DNA of 64,000 nucleotides, taken from positions 8,551,008 through 8,615,007 of the forward strand of contig CM119268.1 of NCBI GenBank assembly GCA_051294375.1, written 5' to 3'. Of the stretch, positions 48,601-58,305 are shown one piece after another; within the stretch, counting starts at the first letter, position 1; each line of letters begins with the position of its first letter. This stretch comes from Paraspadella gotoi (taxonomy: Eukaryota > Animalia > Chaetognatha). The notes below the pieces were generated by a model. The model made no database searches, had not been told where the DNA came from, and was given only the letters and a program-made list of their open reading frames with translations. A program made the position numbers and the translations under genes.

Positions 48601-50474
48601 TAAAGAAGCTGATGATGATGACGAAGACGATGACTTTGGAGACGAGGAAGACGACGCAAGCGCCTCGGCGGAAGATGGATTTGTGGCGGACCTAGGGGTG
48701 TAAGGAAGTATATTGACCATAAGCTTTTAGGGCTTTTATATTGTAGTGTGAAGTCGTACTGGCAAGTCTATAAAGTTATTTTTGTAAATGTCATTATCTT
48801 GTAAGAGTGATGGAGGCCTTAAACCCCCAAAGCCTGTCCAAAGTCAGGGGCAAGATAGCTTATTTATTAAATGAATGGATAATTTTTATATTGGTTGTAC
48901 CAATTTCATAAGAAACCGATTTGACTAGTTTTTAGTTGTGTCATAATATAATATAGACTTTTTACAAACTGCAGTGGAAATAAAAGTCATTTTATTTCTG
49001 TTCATGACTTACCAAAAAAAAAAAAACAACTCCATAAGACAAAAATCAAAACTCACCAAATCTACGAGGACGACGAGAGTAACGAAGAAGGCGGGCGGCA
49101 GGACGAAGACGGCGATCGTCGGCAACCGTCCAGTCGGAGCGTAAATGGCGCAGGAGAATCGACAAATCCCGCCGAGGACGACGACTTCGGAAATGAGGAA
49201 GACAACGATGACCAATCTGGTGATCCATGCCGGGCGGTCGGGAGAATCAAAACGGCCGTGGACCGAGTCGTTTTCGTCGTCGCCGCCGTTGGAGTCCTTG
49301 GACGCGCATTCTTTATCGCTTCCGTCGCCATCGCTTCCGTCGCCATCGCTAACGTCGCCGCTCGTTTTCGGTTTCTTGGAATATTTTATTGAGCAAAGTT
49401 ATTTTGGTGTTTTATATTTATTTTTCATTAGGTTTTTTTTTTTATATCAATATGTAACGCGCGTAGAAAACGCTTAAAAAATAAAGTTTTGTTTCATATT
49501 CTTACTTGTGAAATATTGAGAGCATCGCCGGAGTCGTCGCCGCCGCCTCCGCCGGAGTCGCTTACGAGGATAAATTCCGTCAAACCGTGACACAGAGTGA
49601 CGGCGGAGGAACAAACGGAAATCATTTGAGCAAAGGAGAGAGAACGAACGCCTTCTTGTCCCTTGGCGCTGGTCATAATTAGCTGAGAAGTTTTAAAGCA
49701 ATGAAATTTGAATTGGATAAAAGAAATCAAGAAGACAAAAGGGATGAACACCGAACATTAAACAGGAGTGTCAGCAGTTTACGAATTTAGTTATCCCTTG
49801 TTAAAACCTGTGTGCAGAACTGCGGAAGACTCTCCGCGAAAATCTCAGCCAATTTTGCAGAGGAGGCGAACCCGGCGGCGGCGCTGACGAGACCCGTCAC
49901 ATCTTCCGGCCGATGACGATTTTGAATCAACGTGAAGAGACAGAAGAAGTAGATCACCGTGGGACCGAGCATAATCGCCGATCCCACTAGCGCCGCCACC
50001 AACCACGGCGTGGGAATGACCTTCTTGGCGCGACCGCGACGTAACATGTGCCAGGCGAGCAGGAGGAATTGCCCGGCCCCACCGGAAACGATCCATAGCC
50101 ACGTGAGAAAGAGGTGAATTGCGTTGTAGTCGGGAGGAAAGGAGAGCCAAACGCGAGGCGACAGCACGTAGTCAAACATCCGACCTACAAAACAACAGGT
50201 AAAATTTTAAGTTCCGACGAAGTCATGGCGGGTGCTGAGTCGTCTCCAAATCTCTCTCGTGGAATGACGATCTCAGAACCAGTGAGATTCTGAAAAAATT
50301 GTCATAATTTATATTTAAAATTAAATCGTGAAATTCACATTCACTTCTCTCACCGATTGGAGTCTCGTAAGGAAAAGCCTGAGGAATCTGTTCGCGCGCG
50401 ACGAGAATATCAACGCCCACGTCCCAGAAGTAGGACGCGATCAAAATGACAAACCGAATCAGTGAGACCCACAT
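45601..50474 (-). CDS. XK-related (Xkr/CED-8-like) multi-pass membrane protein fused to an extra TM helix and at least 3 C-type lectin domains
   Basis: Exons 50354-50474, 49808-50184, 49506-49682, 49057-49374, 47569-48691, 47419-~46400, ~46190-46277, ~45920-45601. XK motifs SYFWDVGVDI, KLAEIFAESLPQF, QMISVCSSAVTL. CTLD motifs LTWLEAHQFCLANGGVLAT..WLG..FFCK; LIWYQALDACAREGAQLAS..WTGL..WSPGEPD..FVCE; SYYVAEKFC..FWTG..WELGQPD..ICE. The first six exons join in phase. The junction across gap 46369-46393 and the true stop are uncertain. Confidence 0.78.
48788..48912. repeat. Repeat family B, copy 3 (left-truncated), in an XK-lectin intron
   Basis: Matches the right-hand ~125 bp of 39917-40177. Confidence 0.85.
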
Positions 50475-50813
50475 CGTCGATGTGAACAAAGAGGAAGCGC
50501 GCGTCAAACGAACGGAATTACCTCAATGTCCATTTGTATAGGTTGATTGGCTATTGTTGTCATGTTGTCTGAGTACAGATTTCGCTCGATCTATTCTTTG
50601 GTGAATTAATGACTTATGTCAAACCTTTACTCCTAATGGAGATGTGGAAGAAAGAAAATGAATACAAAACTTTTTTTTTAAATAAAAAAGTAAATCTAAG
50701 AAAAGATCGAAAAAATAAAAATTCGGAGCAAGATGATACAAAAGTCGAATTATTCTTGACTGTCTCTAATTAATTAGAGCATTTCTAATTGATGACAATG
50801 CGGGTTCACCGAT

Positions 50814-50861
<48 letters not shown>

Positions 50862-51710
50862 CTTCTCTCGCACACTCACACACACACTCAGTAATAATTA
50901 TGACTCAACAAAAAAACAATAGAAACTAGACACTATTTGTTACTTACACTCTCAGCCCTCCCATCAATGATGCCAATAAGTGACGAGGTAGCGAAAGAAA
51001 CAAATGAGGGGAAAAGTCGTAATCTCCTATCAATTTTCTGAAACCTGACTCTAATGTCGATTCTAAATTTAAAAAAAAAGTTTAAGATTACAGCAGAAAA
51101 AATATATTTAATACCATGCGGCTTAACAAAATAATTCAAACAATTCTTCGAGCTCTAACAACACTATAGTTTGAACGGAATTTGTATATACACGTGATAA
51201 AGAGCCGAATTTTACATTCGCCGACTGGAACCTGGGTTTTTTTTTCTATTATTTTCCCTGCAATGTCGGAGGGTAGACTTTAAGACTTTATATCAAGATG
51301 AAGGCGTTGGTGGATTTGAAATGACTGGGCGGTCACAGGTTAGGGTAAAGGGTAAGGATATGGATAATTGGGAATAGGGTTTTAAAAGGCCTAGTTGGCG
51401 AAAGTAAAATTTTCCTTATTGAACAATTCCTGAAATCAATGTAAACATAAACTGTAAATATATTTTCATCCGTTGACTTCGACGGCGTAATAATAATACT
51501 ATTGAGCAATTCGTTAAAAAATAAAAACTTAATAATCGGAGACTGAGTTGCCTTTATTTATGATTAAAAAAACAAACAAAAAAAAACAAAAAAACAAACG
51601 AAACAGCCAAGTGCCCTTTGCCATGCCCGAAAAATACATTCGGGCAGAATGGAAACGAAAGTCAACATAACACAATAACTAATTTGACGAATCCCTTTTA
51701 ACGTAACTAG

Positions 51711-54700
51711 TTAAGGCTGCTCGTCGTCGTAGTCGTCCTCTTTTCTTACTCCACAGATTTTCAACGTCAATTTTACGTCAAAAACTTTTTTCCCCCGGAA
51801 CGTCTCGATTGTCAATAAAGGCTCTTCAATACGGAGGCGCCCTACTTCCACCCACACTTTATTTTTCCGTTGGATGTATGACGTCAAATACAAGATTCGA
51901 CGACGACGACGACGACGATCGGTGCAGATGTGACGGTAGGTGCCCGGACATGTCATGCCGACTGACTCGCGACTTTGTTCGTGCCGTATTGAAGGTTTAT
52001 GAATTCCCTGTCGGCCACTTCAGTGAGAGAGCTATGGGCGGTGGCGGAGAGAATTCGGTTTGTGGGGGAGGGGTGGGGGGGGGGGGGAGGAGAGGTTGGG
52101 GTGGGGGGGGTTGGGGGGGAGGGTTGGGTTGTAGACCGGGGGAGAGGGGGATTAAGTTTTGTCTTTATTTGGATTTTTTTTAGAATTAATTTAACAAGAA
52201 CGGTAATTCCAATGTGTGGCGCCGCAGTGACTGCCTTAACACGTGTATTTTTTCCCAACATGACATGATAAGACATGAAGTGACGTGACTTGACATGATT
52301 ACACGACGACGATAACTTTCTTAGCCCATGTATTGAGTTTTAGGATTTCCTGAAGGCGGTCACTTAAATTTGAGGATTTTCCCTTCATAACAAATGGGCA
52401 TTGAGCAACCAACTATATGCAAGTTTTGAGCATTTTTAACGTAAGTGGGATAGACCGATGGACAGACATAACGACGGACCGACCGACCGACCGAAAAGTG
52501 ACTTACAGAGTTGCTCCGCGAGTACTCGCGGCTCAACTAAAAATAGACTGGGTCGGCTAAGGAATGACGGAGACATCGAGGTCTGGAGGGACAGAAAAAT
52601 TCATTAAAAATCATCCGCCTTTTTTCATTAATTTTTTTTTCATGTTTTTTTTTTTTCCGGGAGGAGAAAATTGATGGAAAGATATAAACGAGAAATTCTC
52701 GGTCCATTCTCGACTTTTCTTTCTAGATTCCGAGTTCGACAAGCTCAACGTGGGGGCGAAGAAGAACGATTTATAATTATATATATAAACAGTTCCGAAT
52801 GTGTCGAGATCAGACTTCCAGCGGGGAGTTTGTACTGTGTATTTTGTATAATGTATATGTCGTTTTTCTTCGACTTTTGTTTACCGTCTCATTTCGAGTC
52901 TGCTAATGTTTGTAAGACGCTCTTTACGAGAAGACTTTCAGACTTTCACTTTTGACTTGAATATCGATAATTTTAAGAGCCTTTTTGACATTTTGTCGTC
53001 GCCGCGTTTATTCTAGTTATAGTTCCCAGTTTCTTCATTCGAATCAACCCATTTTTTTTTCTTAAAAAATTAGTTATCCTTCCTAATAAGAAAACTAACC
53101 ACTGACTAATAGTTCAAATTTAGAAACTTCTGGTAAAACAGAGAAAAAGCCATGCGCCTGCTAAAAAAAAACCGCGTTTATTCGATTCACTCGCGAAATA
53201 AATCACGAGTGAATCGTGTGAAAGGTTTTCACCCCTTAACTTAAGGCTTAAGTCACTTCTTTTTTAAGCAAAGTTACAAGCCAGATCTCTGCCTCCAACC
53301 ACATATTTTCCCCACAACCCACCCACCCAACTATATCTCCACTCAACTCTTTACCTCGTCAGAGAAGTTGCGTTCGTTCCTCGTCGCCATCTTGACGCCG
53401 ATTCGTCGTTGCCATGGATACGACGGCTTGGTCTGAGCCACCGCGCCCAAAGCGTGGATGCAATTTACCACCTTGGAATACAAGAAAAGAAAATAAAGGG
53501 TGTTAATTCTTTTATTTATACTTTAATTTTTACAACGAAAGTCCATGAAAAGGTCACATTTAAATCCCTTTTATGAAAATGAATTAAACTCAAATACATA
53601 CAGTATCNNNNNNNNNNACGACGACAATGACGATCATGATGATGACCACAGGAAGGAGGGAGGAAGAAGAAGAGGATCGAAGATCCTTTTGGCGGAGCAG
53701 TTTGATGTGAGTAAAAAATTGATATTTTAAAGTCCAAAAAAAGAAATTGAAACTAGGATAATGATTTTATATAAAATATCTTGAATATTTGTTTCTACAG
53801 CATCTACATAATGACAATCGCGAGCGTGGTGGGGGCATTAGGCGTCGTCGTAGGCGTCGGCGTTGTCTTTAGGCGCCAACTACGGCGCCTTGTAGAACAC
53901 GTGCGGCGACGGCGAGGAGGAAGACGAGAAATTGGTGTTTTCGTAGTAGAGGGAGAGGGAGAAGAAAGAAGAGGGAGGGGGGTGAGATTGGGAGAGTGGG
54001 TGAGAGAAGTGAGAGGAGGCGAGGAGAGTGAAAGGGAGGGAGATGGAGAAGGAGAAGAGGAAGAAGAAGAAGAAACTGTATTTGACAGAAGAATTATGTA
54101 TAATACCATGTAAATAGTTTTTGTAATTTTTTTTTTTAGCTAGGGTTAGTTAGTTTTTCATTGTTATAATTGTATTTTATATTAAATATCAAAAGAATTA
54201 ACTTCTTTTTTTAATTCTTCTACTATTTCAGAAGAAGGATTCACAACCGTTTCACAAATGGATAATTCTGATGAATGAATTAAAGAGAAAAGGGATACAT
54301 TGATGTACAAATGTAAATAATAAATTGTAAAAAATGATATATTATTTTTAATCCACAGACAATAGGGCGCTAGACAATCAGTCAAACAAAAAGTTAAAAA
54401 CAACTAGACAACTATTATTTACCTCGATCGCGGAACAAAAAGTTTATTTTTCGAGTAGTCTCAAGATCTGATTTTCGAATTACAAAGAATTCAAAAGATT
54501 TCAACTTCAAATAAAACTGCCTTCTCTAAAGATAAATGAGACTTATTTGATATCATCTGAATCTACTCTTCAAGCTGAACAACTTCGTCAATTCAAATCA
54601 GCGCCACAAATTCCCTATGACGATCTACGCTCATTAATATCGCCAATGTGTTTGTATTGCGAGACTACTCTTTCCCGGTCTCCGTCAAGTTGTAAACAAA

Positions 54701-57700
54701 CTGCGATCAGGCCTAAGTCAGCTAAACAATCGGCTAAACAAAAAAAGATAAGAACAACAGTTTAACTGAATCAGTTCCACTGAAATCAAAACGCAGCTGG
54801 CGGTTTTACAGAGTGATAATTGTCGTTACGTCAGCATTCTTTCTGGCAATCTTGATAAGGTGATAAGTTTTTTTCGATTTCGAGTGCCGCGAATCTTTAT
54901 CAAGATGGCCAGAAGGTGTAATAGTATATCTCTGTCTTCGTGCGTCGATCGTCGTCGTTGTCGTGTCGTCTTCATGGAGGTGCACCGCCCGATAAAATAT
55001 AACGTCCGGAGAAGTTATACTTTGCGTCAGACTTTATGATAATATGGCTCGAATCAATGTTATAATTTTTTTATATTAATTGAAGTGACGTCGTAGTCCA
55101 AAAAAAAAGCAATTTTAAGCAAGCCAAAAGTTAACCACTCCTGAGATTATACATTAACTCTCTCTCACGACTGGGCTCACAACAACTAAGACCCAGAATA
55201 AGACGACATGCCTCTCCCACCGACTCTCTGTGAGCTCCTTGCCACTCCCCCGGAATCTCGTCATTCGACGTCCATGTATGGAAAAATCTCGCCAGCAAAA
55301 GGAGCGTTCTCACCGAACTTCCGTCGCCGGGATTAAGTATCTCATGATAAAAATGTTTCCGGCGGAAATCGAAACGGGGAGAATGACATTTGGGAATCCG
55401 AACGGGAAAGAATGTGAATGAATGCGAAAGCTGAACTGCGTGAGATGTCATGAAGCGAAATGAAAGTACATAGGAAGAGGACCAAACGATATGGAGAGGA
55501 CATTTGGTGAATGATGAATTGATTAAGTAAATATGTAATGATAAGTGTTAATGACAGAACCGTTCAATATATAAGCAGTTCCTGAGCTTCGGATCAGGTG
55601 TAACACCTAGTTACAGGCGGGTTAAGCGCCCCGTCCCTCTAACTGCTCGGCGGCCACCGGGCTAGAACCCCGATCTTGGGGTTGGGAGGCGAATGACTTG
55701 CCTCCGGCACCAGATGGCCGCTGAATGGAAGTGTTGGTGGATTTTAGTCCACCAAATTTAGTATGTAAAAAATTTTAATTTAAATTATTAAAACAACAAA
55801 GACAAGCTGAGAAATAGACAGTCAAGTAAAGGACGAATAAATTATTTACAAAAAAAGCCAGTGAAGGAATAAACAGATGTAATGACTATATACTGCATGT
55901 ATCAATATACACACTAACTCGATGAATTTTTAAATAAGAAAGATGTCAATGCATATTGTCTGCGAGAATATTAACTCATTGAGTAACAAATACAGTACTA
56001 ATTCGTAATGTGCTTTTGAATATATAAAGTACTGAGATATATGACTTTAGAGATTTGATAGGTCCGGGGATCAGCTCAATTCAAATTATAATTAGGGTCT
56101 AAAACCAAGCTCGGATTTCGAAAGAGAGCTCCTGACGATTCCGAAAATGTATTCACTTTACTATTTCTTTCAAAGCGTCCATTCGTTTTTTGATTTTTTT
56201 TGTACTATATAAAATAAAAAAAACCTATTTGAAAGAGTTGTCAGACCAAAACGGTAAGGCGTTTCTCATGAAATTTGGCATGAATTATCTTTGAGGTCAC
56301 GGACTCCAATTCTATGAAAGATACTTTCAAAATTTGCCTTCCTTCATAGAAAATTTTATTATTTATCAATTAATTTTGGCATTAATTCCTTAAATATCTT
56401 TGAAACGAAAAAAGTTTTCCAAAAAAGCGCTCATAGAATCTTCCCCACCTTTCCTTTCTTGCCCAAGATATTTTTTTCTTCAGAAAGAGTCCACACGGTT
56501 TGGCTGCAACTCTTCGTATGTTTCAACTTCTCTTTTCGTCAATGAAAGTTAAATTCTCGTACTCATTACTCATGCAAGATTCACCACAACATTACACAAA
56601 CTACGGGAATGTGATGATGGAGTTTGTTCAACGCCGATGTCTTAAAAAAACGGCTTACTGTTTTTAATTGTTCTTAATCCAGGTTTTATGGTGGACTAAA
56701 ACCACCAACCGTTCATCAGCGGCCATTGGTGCTGCGAGGCAAGTCATTCGCCTCCCAACCCAAAGGTCCGGGTTCTAGCCCGGTGGTCGTCTGGCAGTTT
56801 AAGAGGGACGGGGCGCTTAAAACCCGCCTGTAACATGGTGTTACAGCCTGATCCGAAGCTCAGGGACTGCTTAATTGAACGGTTCTTCACGTAACTCATA
56901 ACAATAATTACTGTCTCTTCAGTATTGATTTTTTTTTTCAGAGATTCGCCTTAGAAAAACTAGACGAGGGAGTCAACTATGTAAAATCATTTACATAAAG
57001 TAAAAAGTTCAAATTGAAATAAANNNNNNNNNNNNNNNNNNNNNNNNNACGGTTTTATTAAAGTTGGAATTAAGATGTTTTTCTGTATTTTTTAAGGTTT
57101 TGAAGGGTTATATTTCATAATATAGTAGTCGTATTTAAAAAAAAATTATATAGTTTGTAGCACCGAGGACAGTTGGTTGGCATAATTACTATTTTTTAAA
57201 AAACATTTGTTCAAAAAAATGCATATTTTGATATTTTGTTGAAAATTAATTTTGGATTAAAGAATAACAAATATTCTATTTTATGCATTGTATGTTATTG
57301 GTGTATCAGTTAGCTATTTTTTGAAATAAATTTTTTTAAATTATCATAAGACCGAATATACAATATTATAAAAAAATATATTGCTACTGTATGCAAATGA
57401 GTTTTAACAAAGCTGTATTTGATCATTTTGTTTTACCACTGATTTAGGCAACCCCTCCCGGTTATATCACCATAATATAAGAGTATTTACTACCATATAT
57501 TTTTTACAGTATGCAAATTAATTTTTGTCCAAAAAAATGCCCCTGCACTATTTTTTTTCAAAGTGGCTCAAACTCTTATGGGGATAAAACCACCCTAAGG
57601 TCTAACCCGTATTCGATTTTCAGCTGATTTCCAGCATTTACAAAAAAGTTACAGCCTCCCTGGACTTTTCCAGGTTCTTCAAAACCGATACTGTATGACA

Positions 57701-57858
57701 GTTTGTGGTCGTCTCTGTTGTTGTTGTTGTCGTCGTTGTTGTTGTCGTTCTCACGATGTAGATGTTCTTTCCCTCGATGAGGTCGTCGCCTTGAAAGAGA
57801 TTAATCTCGTTGACCCCGAAGGCGCGAGCGTGAGTCAAGAACTGCTCGATGTTCTCGC

Positions 57859-57912
<54 letters not shown>

Positions 57913-58025
57913 ACTTATTTTTATATAATGCAACTTTTGAATCGATTAAACTCACCGTGCCGAAAGGTTTCTCGGGTGGATGAACTTTTTTAATCGGGTT
58001 TTCCGGATCCAGCACGTTCATTAAT
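51711..58025 (-). CDS. Calponin/transgelin (MP20-like) protein: partial CH domain plus one calponin repeat; 5' exon(s) not found; last exon has frameshifts
   Basis: Exons 57956-58025 (LMNVLDPENPIKKVHPPEKPFGT), 57755-57859 (RENIEQFL..FGVNEINLFQGDDLIEGKNIYI) and 53355-53471 (VVNCIHALG..ERNFSDE) join in phase. ~52030-51711 holds INLQYGTNKVASQS(G)MTCPGTYRHI, with one G missing for frame continuity. Confidence 0.8.
52452..52543 (-). mobile_element. Helentron/DINE-1-like (HINE) element end, copy 2
   Basis: Same hairpin and (GACC)n microsatellite as 14762-14842. Confidence 0.6.
53618..54113 (+). CDS. Possible 3' end of a single-pass membrane protein nested antisense in the calponin-like intron
   Basis: Exon ..53706 (AT|GTGAGT) joins in phase to TTTCTACAG|53801-54113: SFWRSSLIIYIMTIASVVGALGVVVGVGVVF-RRQLRR...ETVFDRRIMYNTM*. 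The upstream part runs into N-gap 53608-53617. Confidence 0.45.
55557..55753 (-). mobile_element. tRNA-derived (Gly-like) SINE, copy 1
   Basis: Minus strand shows acceptor-like stem GCGGCCA/TGGCCGC, A-box-like TGGTGC..GG, TCGCCTCCCA resembling tRNA-Gly, B-box GGTTCTAGCCC, unpaired anticodon stem and a ~100-nt tail. Inverted copy at 56689-56885. Confidence 0.75.
56689..56885 (+). mobile_element. tRNA-derived (Gly-like) SINE, copy 2
   Basis: tRNA-like head at 56719-56790; head, tail and ~30 nt upstream match 55557-55753 in reverse complement. Confidence 0.75.
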
Positions 58026-58305
58026 CTGAAAAATTAAAGAAAAAAAAAACAACAAAATTACCCCAAATCTCTATCTACTAAAATATCACCGTCTTACTTT
58101 CCCCTCTATTGCGTACGCGAAGAATACGAAGTAGATTTCCATCGGATACGGAGAAGATTTAGCGAAAAGCGCTAGAATTTTTATGAAAGATTTTTCGAGA
58201 AGTTAATCTAAGTTTAGATTAAGTCTATTTATCTTTTTATTGTATTTATCGTTTACTAATTGGTCCCATCTTGCGACCGCTACGACCTTCAACGAAAGTG
58301 AGAAA

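Noticed and set aside
54547-55451. Short ORFs in the large calponin-like intron
   Set aside because: No recognisable motifs or consistent exon chain.
56719-56790. tRNA-Gly(CCC) gene
   Set aside because: Anticodon stem does not pair, the T-loop is short, and a shared non-tRNA tail marks it as a SINE.
57638-57700. In-frame continuation VSVLKNLEK as the next calponin exon
   Set aside because: Needs a non-canonical junction; exon 53355-53471 joins canonically in phase and matches the family.
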